From the NCBI GenBank assembly GCA_964628985.1, contig CAZVNJ010000001.1, positions 21,477-85,476 on the forward strand: 64,000 nucleotides of DNA, written 5' to 3'. This document shows positions 8,769-17,190 of the stretch, one piece after another (positions within the stretch are counted from its first letter, which is position 1; each line of letters begins with the position of its first letter). Origin of the DNA: an uncultured Dehalococcoides sp. (lineage in GTDB: Bacteria; Chloroflexota; Dehalococcoidia; UBA2979). The translations under genes and the position numbers were made by a program. The notes under the pieces were generated by a model, which saw only the letters and a program-made list of their open reading frames with translations, ran no database searches and was not told where the DNA came from.

Positions 8769-9800
8769 ATGACGCAACGCCCTCGCCCCGTCACCCTGAT
8801 GGACGTCGCCAACGAGGCAGGCGTGTCGGTCAGTACAGCCTCACGGGCGCTGACGGGCGCACGTCGGGTCCGCGGTGACCTGGAGCGTCGCGTCCGGGAC
8901 GCGGTCGAGAGTCTCGGCTACCGCCCGAACGAGGCGGCACGCGGCCTGCGCATGGCCCGGACCATGACTCTTGGTGTCCTGTTCCACCGGCTGAGTAGTC
9001 CCGTCTCACTCGACCTGATCGACGGCATGGGCGCGGCTGCGCACGAGGCCCGCTACTCGCTGGCGGTGACCAGCGCCCGGGGGGACCGAGCACTCTACGA
9101 GCCGCTGTTCCGGCACATGTACGGCCAGCGCGTGGACGGACTGATCCTCGTCTGGCCGCGGGGCGACCTGTCGACCCACTTGGCCCCGTTTGCGAGCGCC
9201 GGTGTGCCCGTGGTCGGCATCCGCTGGCAGTCTGGCGAGCAGGGCTTCACCGTCGTCTCGGCGGACACGTCGAGTGGCATCGCCGACGCCATGGCGGCGC
9301 TCGCCGAGATGGGGCACCGACTCATCACGGTGATCGCGCACGGGGTGCTCTGGACCCCCCCGACGTTGCGACGCCGCTACATGGACACCGCTGCCGATGC
9401 CGTAGGGATGCGCGTCCGCCGCCGGGACGTCCGCGAGAACGGGTACCCCCCCATCCCGATGCAGGACCTCATCGCCTCGGAACTCTCGTCCGAGGATCCT
9501 CCTACGGTCTTCCTGGTCGCCTATGACGAGGTCGGGAAGGTGATCAACGCCATCCGCTCTCTGGGGAAACGCGTCCCAGAGGATGTCTCGGTAGTCAGCT
9601 TCACGGACTCGCGGTTCGGTGCGCAGGCGCAGTCTGACCACCCGGCGGCGATCGACGTCGACTCCTTCGAACTCGGTCGGCAGATGGTTAGCGTGACCCT
9701 CGAGGCGATCATGAACGGATCACCGGAGCGGGACGTCCGGGTGCCGAACCTTGCACGCTGGGTCCCCGGGGCGACCGCTGGCCCGCCGCATCAGCCGTAG
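8769..9800 (+). CDS. LacI-family transcriptional regulator
   Basis: N-terminal HTH VTLMDVANEAGVSVSTASRALTG followed by a periplasmic-binding-protein-like effector domain. Confidence 0.85.
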   Translation: MTQRPRPVTLMDVANEAGVSVSTASRALTGARRVRGDLERRVRDAVESLGYRPNEAARGLRMARTMTLGVLFHRLSSPVSLDLIDGMGAAAHEARYSLAVTSARGDRALYEPLFRHMYGQRVDGLILVWPRGDLSTHLAPFASAGVPVVGIRWQSGEQGFTVVSADTSSGIADAMAALAEMGHRLITVIAHGVLWTPPTLRRRYMDTAADAVGMRVRRRDVRENGYPPIPMQDLIASELSSEDPPTVFLVAYDEVGKVINAIRSLGKRVPEDVSVVSFTDSRFGAQAQSDHPAAIDVDSFELGRQMVSVTLEAIMNGSPERDVRVPNLARWVPGATAGPPHQP

Positions 9801-9825
9801 CCCGACACCGCGTGCTCAGACCGAC

Positions 9826-9851
9826 AGGCCCCGCCCAGCGGGGCTTGTTCT
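9826..9851 (+). terminator. candidate intrinsic terminator after the LacI gene
   Basis: GCCCCGC-CCA-GCGGGGC stem-loop (9828-9844) followed by TTGTTCT. The T-tract is short. Confidence 0.4.
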
Positions 9852-9942
9852 ACTGGCGCGACCTCGTTCGGGGTATGCAAGGGTTGAGCACCCGCAGCGC
9901 ACGACACGGTACCCCGCCGAGGGGGTCGTTAAGGCCGAGCGC

Positions 9943-11727
9943 CTATGGGCGGCCTGCCTGTTCCTTGAACTGCAACTCGTGCAGGCGGGCATACACCCCT
10001 CCTCGAGCGAGCAGTTCCTCGTGCGTCCCATCCTCGGCCAGCTCGCCGTGATGTAGGACAAGGATGCGGTCGACGGCCCGAATGGTGTTCAGACGATGGG
10101 CAATGATTACGGCGGTCCGCCCGACCATCACCTCGGCCAGTCCTCGCTGGATCGTGGCCTCTGTCTCCGGGTCAATGCTGGCCGTCGCCTCGTCCATCAC
10201 CAGCACGATCTCGGGGTTGAACGCGGCCACCCGCGCGAGGGCGATCAACTGCTTCTGCCCGGTCGACAGGTTCGCTCCGCGCTCCGCGAGCATGGTCCCG
10301 TACTGCGCTGGGAGCGCCTCGATGAAGCGATCAGCCCCCACGGCCCGTGCGGCAGCCTGCACCTGCTCGAGAGAGATCGAGGTGTCTCGCAGCCGGATGT
10401 TCTCGGTCACGCTGTCCGTGTAGATCCATGGATCCTGGAGCATGATCCCCACGTGACGGCGGAGCCAGCGCTGGGGCAATGACCGGACTGAGACACCGTC
10501 CACGAGGATGTCACCGCGTTGGACGTCATAGAACCGTGAGAGTAGCGCCATCATGGTGGACTTTCCGGCGCCCGTGGACCCGACGATGGCCACCTTCTCG
10601 CCGGGTGCGATTGAGAAGTCGAGGCCACGCAGGACCCAGTGCTCGCCCTGGTAGGCAAACCAGACCTGGTCGAAGCGGATCGCCCCGCGCACCTCAGTGA
10701 GTGGTTGGGCGGCGGGATCGTCAACGATCTCTTCGGGCTGGTCCAGGATGCCGAAGATGCGCTCCGCGGAGGCCATCGCTCCCTGCAACATCGTGTACCG
10801 CTCGGCGAGTTCTCGGATCGGCCAGAAGAACCGCTGCATATAGGCGATGAATGCCACGAGCGTGCCAAGGGAGAGCGCATCGTCCGCCACACGCACGCCC
10901 CCATACCAGAGGATCGCGCCCGTGGTGAATGCTCCAAACAGCACGACCGTCGGTTCGAAGACCGCATACCAGAAGAGCACGCGCAGGTTAGCGTCCAGAG
11001 AGCCCCGGTTCCGCTGGTCGAAGTTCTCCTGATTCCGTCGCTGACGGTTGAACAACTGCACCACGGTGACGCCACTGATCATCTCGTTCAGATACGCGTT
11101 GATGCGTGCGATCCAGATGCGCTGGTCCCGGAAGGCGTCCCGCTGCGCAGCGGCGAAGACCTTGACGAGCCAGACGAGCGGGATCACAAACAGCGTCATG
11201 ATCGAGGCCAGCCGCCAGTCGAGCACGAACAGCACGACGATGATGGCGCTCACCATCAGCAGGTTCGTCAGGATCTGGACGAGCCCCTGCGAGATGACCG
11301 CCTCGATCTGCTGGACGTCACCCGTGAGCCGCACGACCAACCGCCCCACCGGGTTCCGGTCGAAGAAGGAGATGGACATCCGCTGCATGTGCCGAAAGAG
11401 GTCCATGCGCATGTCGACCACGACCCGCTGGCCAACCCAGGCCATCAGGTACGCCTGGCCGTATCGGATGACGAAGGAGGCGACCAGCGCCGCTACATAC
11501 CAGAAGGCGAGCGCCGGCAGCCGGTCAGTCCGCCCCTGGTCGATCTGCTGGTCGATCGCGTGCCGCACGATGAGGGTCGGTACCAATTCGAGGACCGCCA
11601 CCACCAGCATGAGCAACGCGGCGATCACCAGGGGCGTGACGTACGGACGGACGTAGTGGCCCAGGCGGCGCGCGAGCCGGCGGTCGTAGACCTTCCCGAT
11701 GGCGGACTCGTCGTCGTAGAAACTCAT
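9943..11727 (-). CDS. ABC exporter, fused permease/ATPase (MdlB/MsbA-like), subunit 2
   Basis: Six-TM N-domain. Walker A GSTGAGKST, signature LSTGQKQ, Walker B VLVMDEAT. The start overlaps the stop of the upstream partner (ATGA). Confidence 0.9.
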   Translation of the reverse strand: MSFYDDESAIGKVYDRRLARRLGHYVRPYVTPLVIAALLMLVVAVLELVPTLIVRHAIDQQIDQGRTDRLPALAFWYVAALVASFVIRYGQAYLMAWVGQRVVVDMRMDLFRHMQRMSISFFDRNPVGRLVVRLTGDVQQIEAVISQGLVQILTNLLMVSAIIVVLFVLDWRLASIMTLFVIPLVWLVKVFAAAQRDAFRDQRIWIARINAYLNEMISGVTVVQLFNRQRRNQENFDQRNRGSLDANLRVLFWYAVFEPTVVLFGAFTTGAILWYGGVRVADDALSLGTLVAFIAYMQRFFWPIRELAERYTMLQGAMASAERIFGILDQPEEIVDDPAAQPLTEVRGAIRFDQVWFAYQGEHWVLRGLDFSIAPGEKVAIVGSTGAGKSTMMALLSRFYDVQRGDILVDGVSVRSLPQRWLRRHVGIMLQDPWIYTDSVTENIRLRDTSISLEQVQAAARAVGADRFIEALPAQYGTMLAERGANLSTGQKQLIALARVAAFNPEIVLVMDEATASIDPETEATIQRGLAEVMVGRTAVIIAHRLNTIRAVDRILVLHHGELAEDGTHEELLARGGVYARLHELQFKEQAGRP

Positions 11728-13538
11728 GCGCCGCCTCCGAGGGCGATCTCGGCCTGCTGCTGCGCTCGGCGCTCTGCCTCCAATTGCTCGCGGTAGATCC
11801 GCGCGTACACGCCGCCCGCGGCGAGCAACTCCTCGTGCGACCCGCGCTCGACGATCGTCCCGCCCTCCAGCACAGCGAGCAGGTCGGCCGAGCGCAGCGT
11901 AGAGGTACGGTGGGCGATGAGGATGGTGGTACGCCCGCCCATCACCTCGCGCAGGCCTTCGAGGATCTGTTCCTCGGTCTGGGTGTCCACGTGTGACAGC
12001 GCGTCGTCGAGGACCAGCACGGGCGCCTGTTTCAAGAGCGCCCGTGCCAGCGCGGCCCGCTGCTTCTGGCCGCCCGAGAGGGTCACCCCGCGTTCACCGA
12101 TGGTCGTCTCGAGGCCGTCGGAGAGGTCCGTCAGGTCGTTTGAGAGGCGGGAGATCCGGGTGGCGAGGTCATACTCGGCGTCGTCCGCCTCCGGGCGCCC
12201 GTACGAGATGTTCTCGCGGATCGAGTCGGAAAACAGAAATGCCTCCTGCGGCACGAACGCGACGGACTCTCGTAAGAGCGCCAGCGGCCACTCGCGCACG
12301 TCGACACCGTCGAGGGTGACCCGGCCCGCGGTCGGGTCGGACAGCCGTACAAGAAGGCCGGCGAGCGTGGTCTTCCCCGCGCCCGTGCCACCCACGAGGG
12401 CGACCGTGGATCCAGCGGGCACACGCAGGTCCACGTGGTGTAGCACTTCACGCCCCTCGAACGAGACGTGGACGCCACTGAACTCCACTTCGCCACGCAC
12501 GGGCATCGGCGGAAGCACACCGCCCCCGTCCTGGATTGCGGGCTCGGTGCGCAGGACCTCGTTCACCCGGCGGATCGCGACGGTGCCCAGTTGGGCCATC
12601 GCCACTACCCATCCCACGGCCGTCAACTGGTTGGCGAGGACGGCGAGGATGAAGTTGAAGGCGACGAACTCACCCATCGACATACGGCCAGCGACGACAT
12701 CGTGGCCGCCCACCCAGAGCACCAGCAGCGTGCCCGCGCCGGTGAGCACGCCCATGATCGGAAAGAGTCCGGAGTGGTAGAGCGCCAGGCGCATCGACCG
12801 TCTGCGCATCTCCTCGTTGGCGCCAGCGAAGGAATGGATCTCGGCGTCCTCCTGCGCGTACGCCTTGATCGCACGGATGCCGGCGATGTTCTCCTGCGAC
12901 CGGTCGGTGAGGTGTGACAGTTGCTCCTGCACCTCGTTAAACCGGTGCTCGACGTTCGTCTCAAAGAAACTCATGAGGCCGATGACTACCGGTAGGTAGA
13001 TCAGCGCGATCAGCGTCAGGCGGATGTCGATGAACAGCATGAAGCCGATGCCGGCGATGCCGACGACCAGGATGCGGCTCATGTCCACGAGCGACGGTCC
13101 GAGGACGTCGCGGACAGCCTGCAGGTCGTTCGTCACCCGCGACATCAGGTCGCCGGTGCGCGCGTGCACGTAGTAGTTGTGGTCGAGCGACATCAGGTGT
13201 CGCGCGAGGTCGTCTCGGAGCCGGTACTCGATGATGCGCGACGTGCCTGAGACCACCATGCGTGAGTAGTAGCGCAGCGTGCCCTCGACGAGGGCGAGCA
13301 GGACGATCAACCCGGCGTAGCGTCCGAGCGAGTCCATCTCCACGCCGTCACGCAGGTCATCGACAGCGCGCTGGATCACGACCGGCGGGAGCAATGCAGC
13401 GAGTGTCGCCAGGATGAGCGCGACCATTCCGCCTGCGTACCGCCAGCGGTAGTGCAGGACGTACTGCAGGATGCGATTGGAGCCAGCGCGCCCGGGAGGC
13501 AGCGGCGTGCTGGCCTCGGGGGCGGAGGTCATGAGCAC
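11724..13538 (-). CDS. ABC exporter, fused permease/ATPase, subunit 1
   Basis: Walker A GGTGAGKTT, signature LSGGQKQR, Walker B VLVLDDALS. The start is GTG at 13538 or ATG at 13532. Confidence 0.9.
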   Translation of the reverse strand: MLMTSAPEASTPLPPGRAGSNRILQYVLHYRWRYAGGMVALILATLAALLPPVVIQRAVDDLRDGVEMDSLGRYAGLIVLLALVEGTLRYYSRMVVSGTSRIIEYRLRDDLARHLMSLDHNYYVHARTGDLMSRVTNDLQAVRDVLGPSLVDMSRILVVGIAGIGFMLFIDIRLTLIALIYLPVVIGLMSFFETNVEHRFNEVQEQLSHLTDRSQENIAGIRAIKAYAQEDAEIHSFAGANEEMRRRSMRLALYHSGLFPIMGVLTGAGTLLVLWVGGHDVVAGRMSMGEFVAFNFILAVLANQLTAVGWVVAMAQLGTVAIRRVNEVLRTEPAIQDGGGVLPPMPVRGEVEFSGVHVSFEGREVLHHVDLRVPAGSTVALVGGTGAGKTTLAGLLVRLSDPTAGRVTLDGVDVREWPLALLRESVAFVPQEAFLFSDSIRENISYGRPEADDAEYDLATRISRLSNDLTDLSDGLETTIGERGVTLSGGQKQRAALARALLKQAPVLVLDDALSHVDTQTEEQILEGLREVMGGRTTILIAHRTSTLRSADLLAVLEGGTIVERGSHEELLAAGGVYARIYREQLEAERRAQQQAEIALGGGA

Positions 13539-13559
13539 GTCGAAAACTCGCTGTCTGCG

Positions 13560-13571
13560 TCACGCGCGTGA
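13560..13571. promoter_or_regulatory. perfect 12-bp palindrome TCACGCGCGTGA in the leader of the ABC exporter operon (candidate operator)
   Basis: Read directly from the sequence, 22-34 bp upstream of the operon start codon. A TACAAT -10-like hexamer lies on the - strand at 13599-13594. Confidence 0.3.
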
Positions 13572-13640
13572 TGGTTGGAAAGAATTGCGCAGTATTGTAG
13601 CGAGAGTCCGCGCCGCTCAAGCCGCGAGATGACGCAAACA

Positions 13641-15221
13641 TCAGGCCTTTACACGGACATCGATGCGGTGCCAGCCAGTCGCCCCGTCCGGATCGGATCG
13701 CTGGCGCTTGCTGGTCTGTACCTCGCCACGGCCATCCGTCGCGCGAACCTCGATCTCGTAATCGCCGGGCGTGGCGTCCCACTCGACCACCCACTGCCGC
13801 CAGGCGTTCCCTGAAAGCGCCTCGCTCAGGCGGGCTGGCATCCAGGCGACGGCGTCAGGACTGGTGCCACGAAGGTAGGCGCGTGTCTCCACGTGGCTGA
13901 TCCCACGGTCTCCCGCCCAGGCTACACCGGCGATCGCCACGCGGCCGGGCTTCACCGTCCGTCCGTCGCGTGGCACATCGATGCGTGACTGGGTCTTGAT
14001 CGGACCGGTCTTCGACCATCCGCGCGGCACCCAGTACGCGTCGAAGGCATCCCAGGTCGTCAGTTCGATCTCGGAGAGCCACTTTGTCGCTGAGACGTAT
14101 CCATAGAGCCCCGGTACCACCAGGCGGGCGGGGAAGCCATGCGCGCCCGGCAGCGCCTCGCCGTTCATGGCGTAGGCGACCATCGCCGGGCGTCCGTCGA
14201 GAGCCACCTCCGTCGGGAAGCCCACGGTGAAGTCATCCACTGATCGCCCGACGATCTGGGTCGCACCAGGCTTCACGCCCGCCCGGTTCAGGAGATCTGC
14301 GAGGGGCACACCCAACCATCGTGCATTCCCGACGAGATCCCCACCTACTTCGTTGGAGACGCACGATAGAGTGATGATTTCCTCGCGCGACGGGAGAGCG
14401 AACAGTTCGTCAAACGTCAGCTCAAACGGCCGCTCCACCATGCCAGTGACCTTGAGACGCCAGGTCTTCAGGTCCACGCGAGGAGTGATCAGGCTGACAT
14501 CGATGCGATAGAAGTCCTTGTTCGGGGTGATGAGCGGCGCGAGCCCGTCGAGGTCGAGGCCGCCAGCCACTCCCTGGACACCGGGGCCGATGGCGAGCGC
14601 GGCGCGCTGCTCGTCGACATCGACCAGGGAACCGGCGATCTGCCGTCCCGCGACGAATGACGTCGCGGAGGCGCCCGCGGCGGCAGCGGCGAAGCCGATG
14701 AATGCGCGACGTCCGGGCACGCGCCGGGTCATCGGCTGGGCTGTTGCGCTCTCGCTCGGGGCACCGGGCTCCGGTGTGTCGAGCGTGCCGGCTAGCAACA
14801 GCAAACGCAGCGCCTGCCAGCCGAGCGTGACTCCGATGATCGGGCCGAACGCGGCGATCAGCGAGGCCTGTGTGGTTGCCGCCGGAGTGTCGATCACCGA
14901 CGCGATGGCCCCCACCACGCCGAGCGCACCCAGGGAGACCTGCCCCAGTGGAGGCCGCCGTCGCTGCAGGAGGCCGGCGGCTGCACCCACCGCGAGGCTC
15001 GCGGTGGTCACAAGGAGGATGAGGGCCGGTTTGTCGCGCGTGCCGAGCGCGTCGATCACAAGGTGAGTGAACCAAGCGGGAGCGTTGTCGATCAGCAAGT
15101 GGCCCACTGCGATCACCGGGGGGATCGTGTCCGTGAGCGCCGCTACCAGTTCGGCGACGCCCAGGGCGACCGCTACCGCCAGCACTCCGCTGAGGCCGTC
15201 TCGAAACGTGCGAACGCGCAT
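13641..15221 (-). CDS. membrane-anchored molybdopterin-dependent oxidoreductase (sulfite-oxidase family)
   Basis: Multi-TM N-terminal third, then ITLSCVSNEVGGDLVGNARWLGVPLADLL and the YGYVSATKWL Moco-binding pattern, plus a C-terminal Ig-like dimerisation domain. Confidence 0.85.
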   Translation of the reverse strand: MRVRTFRDGLSGVLAVAVALGVAELVAALTDTIPPVIAVGHLLIDNAPAWFTHLVIDALGTRDKPALILLVTTASLAVGAAAGLLQRRRPPLGQVSLGALGVVGAIASVIDTPAATTQASLIAAFGPIIGVTLGWQALRLLLLAGTLDTPEPGAPSESATAQPMTRRVPGRRAFIGFAAAAAGASATSFVAGRQIAGSLVDVDEQRAALAIGPGVQGVAGGLDLDGLAPLITPNKDFYRIDVSLITPRVDLKTWRLKVTGMVERPFELTFDELFALPSREEIITLSCVSNEVGGDLVGNARWLGVPLADLLNRAGVKPGATQIVGRSVDDFTVGFPTEVALDGRPAMVAYAMNGEALPGAHGFPARLVVPGLYGYVSATKWLSEIELTTWDAFDAYWVPRGWSKTGPIKTQSRIDVPRDGRTVKPGRVAIAGVAWAGDRGISHVETRAYLRGTSPDAVAWMPARLSEALSGNAWRQWVVEWDATPGDYEIEVRATDGRGEVQTSKRQRSDPDGATGWHRIDVRVKA

Positions 15222-15303
15222 GCTTCCTCCGGTGGGACGGAGCGGATCTCAACAGTAACAGGGGACGGACGTGGATGTGTCGTGAAAGGGATATGCTCGT
15301 CGT

Positions 15304-16140
15304 ATGCCGACTGAACGTGAATTCGCAGCCTCCGCCCTCGCACTGCTGCGTCGCCCGGCCGCCCCAGTCCTGGACCTCGTCTACCGCATCTACGAGCGTG
15401 AACTGGACCGCAGCATCCGCCGCGGGCCGGTCCCGCAGCACGTTGGCGTGATCCTGGACGGCAACCGGCGCTTTGCGAAGAAGGCCGGCCTCTCGGTCGT
15501 GACGGACGGCCATCGGCGGGGTGCCGACAAAGTCGAGGAACTCATCGGCTGGTGCGACGACCTCGAGATCCCGGCCGTCACCCTGTGGGCGCTTTCCACG
15601 GACAACTTCAAGCGAGGCCCGGATGAGCTGAAGGCGATCTTCGGGCTCATCGAGGAGAAGGTGGCGGCGTTCTCCGAGGACGCCTCGGGTACGCCTCGGA
15701 GGCGGCGCGTGCGCATGGTCGGCCGCCGGGAACTGCTCCCTCAGAGCACGCAGGAGGCGATCGCGCGGGCGGAGGAAGCCACAGCGAACTACGGCCCGTT
15801 CGAGTTGCTCGTCGCCATCGGCTATGGCGGGCGCGAGGAAATTACTGACGCCGTCCGGCGCATGCTGGCGGACCGCATCCGCAACGGCGAGTCATTAGAG
15901 GGCATCGCCAGCGGCATTGAGCCCGACGAGATCAGCCGCTACCTCTACGCTCCAGATATCCCCGACCCGGACCTCATCATCCGCACGTCCGGCGAGTTGC
16001 GGCTGTCCGGCTTCCTGCTCTGGCAGAGTGCGTACAGTGAGTACTACTTCTGCGACGTGTTCTGGCCGGAGTTTCGCCGCATCGATTTCCTGCGCGCTGT
16101 CCGCTCGTACGCAGACCGGGAGCGCCGCCGCGGCCGTTAG
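15304..16140 (+). CDS. uppS: isoprenyl (undecaprenyl/decaprenyl) diphosphate synthase, cis-prenyltransferase
   Basis: HVGVILDGNRRFAKK, AVTLWALSTDNFKR and IRTSGELRLSGFLLWQSAYSEYYF are hallmark UPPS motifs. Confidence 0.9.
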   Translation: MPTEREFAASALALLRRPAAPVLDLVYRIYERELDRSIRRGPVPQHVGVILDGNRRFAKKAGLSVVTDGHRRGADKVEELIGWCDDLEIPAVTLWALSTDNFKRGPDELKAIFGLIEEKVAAFSEDASGTPRRRRVRMVGRRELLPQSTQEAIARAEEATANYGPFELLVAIGYGGREEITDAVRRMLADRIRNGESLEGIASGIEPDEISRYLYAPDIPDPDLIIRTSGELRLSGFLLWQSAYSEYYFCDVFWPEFRRIDFLRAVRSYADRERRRGR

Positions 16141-16142
16141 AC

Positions 16143-17066
16143 CTAGCGCAAGGCGTCCGCGATCTTCCTCGCGTTCGCCAGCAGCATCCCCTCAATGGTC
16201 TCCGCACCAGAACCTGGGCTGCCGAGCGAGTCCCCGTAGAGGTCGTCCACGATCTTCACGTTCGTCTCGGCCGCGACGCTTCTTGCCACCTTCGGGTCAA
16301 CCGATGACTCCGCGAAGATGGCGCGGACGCCCTCCCGCCGGATCATCTGGACCAGCGCTGCAATGTCGCCCGCGGAGGGTTCGAGGCCCGTCGTCGTGCC
16401 CGGGATCACCGTACCCACCACCGTCAGGCCGTAACGCTCGGTGAAGTAGCCAAACGCGTCATGGTTCGTCACCATCTTCCGGTTGCTTGTTGGGATGGAG
16501 TCGATGATCGCCTTCACTTCGGCGTCCACGGCGCGCAACCGGTCCTGGTACCCCCGCCCGTTCGCCTCGAAGGTGGCGGCGTGTTCCGGTGCTGCCGTGG
16601 AGAGGGCCTTGACCACCACGTCGACCATCGCGACCACGTTCATCGGGTTGTGCCAGACATGCGGGTCATGCTGCTCCGCGGCATGACCGTCCTCGCCCGG
16701 CTGCTCTGGAGCCTCGCGGAGGGTGAGGCCGTCCGTCACCGTCACCGTCGTCCCGCGGTGGTTGGTGAGCGCGCGGTCGAGGAACTGATCCGGACCAAGG
16801 CCTAGCCGCAGGACGAGCTGCGCCCGCGAGATGAGGCGGGCATCTGCGGTTTTCAATTCGTACTCGTGGGGATCCACGCCTGCCTTGACCAGCACGTCCA
16901 GGCGCACCGCATCCCCTGCCACTGCTTGTGCGATGGCGCCCACGGGGGCGATCGTCGCGACGACTCGGACGCGTCCATCGTCACCGTCGTCAGAGCCACA
17001 CGCGGCGGCCAGGAGCGCTCCAGCCGCCACCAAGCTCACCAGGAGGATGCTGCGTGTTCTGGTCAT
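16143..17066 (-). CDS. metal (Zn/Mn)-binding lipoprotein of the ZnuA/TroA ABC substrate-binding family
   Basis: Start MTRTRSILLVSLVAAGALLAAAC (lipobox). DPHEY, the HDPHVWHNP metal ligand region with a short acidic/His loop, and NHDAFGYF. Confidence 0.85.
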   Translation of the reverse strand: MTRTRSILLVSLVAAGALLAAACGSDDGDDGRVRVVATIAPVGAIAQAVAGDAVRLDVLVKAGVDPHEYELKTADARLISRAQLVLRLGLGPDQFLDRALTNHRGTTVTVTDGLTLREAPEQPGEDGHAAEQHDPHVWHNPMNVVAMVDVVVKALSTAAPEHAATFEANGRGYQDRLRAVDAEVKAIIDSIPTSNRKMVTNHDAFGYFTERYGLTVVGTVIPGTTTGLEPSAGDIAALVQMIRREGVRAIFAESSVDPKVARSVAAETNVKIVDDLYGDSLGSPGSGAETIEGMLLANARKIADALR

Positions 17067-17079
17067 GGTGTCCTCTTCT

Positions 17080-17108
17080 GAGACATCGTATCGATGATAC
17101 ATAGTCTC
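17080..17108. promoter_or_regulatory. AT-rich imperfect palindrome GAGACATCGTATC-GAT-GATACATAGTCTC (candidate metalloregulator operator)
   Basis: 10 of 13 arm positions pair around a 3-bp centre; the core is GTATC-N3-GATAC. It lies 14 bp upstream of the metal-binding lipoprotein start, in the divergent region shared with the YibE/F gene. Confidence 0.4.
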
Positions 17109-17190
17109 ATGTGGGCAGGCAAGCGAGTGGCGCTGTACGGGCACGCGGCGGACCTGACCGCTAGGCTCGGGCAGGGCGAATCGAGGGAAC

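Noticed and set aside
14422-15513. 363-aa - strand ORF, and several similar 150-420-aa ORFs (for example 10639-11796, 29476-30744, 54012-55007, 49151-50194)
   Set aside because: All are alternative-frame or antisense overlaps of genes with strong family signatures. Their compositions are R/G/P/A-biased as expected for non-coding frames in GC-rich sequence.
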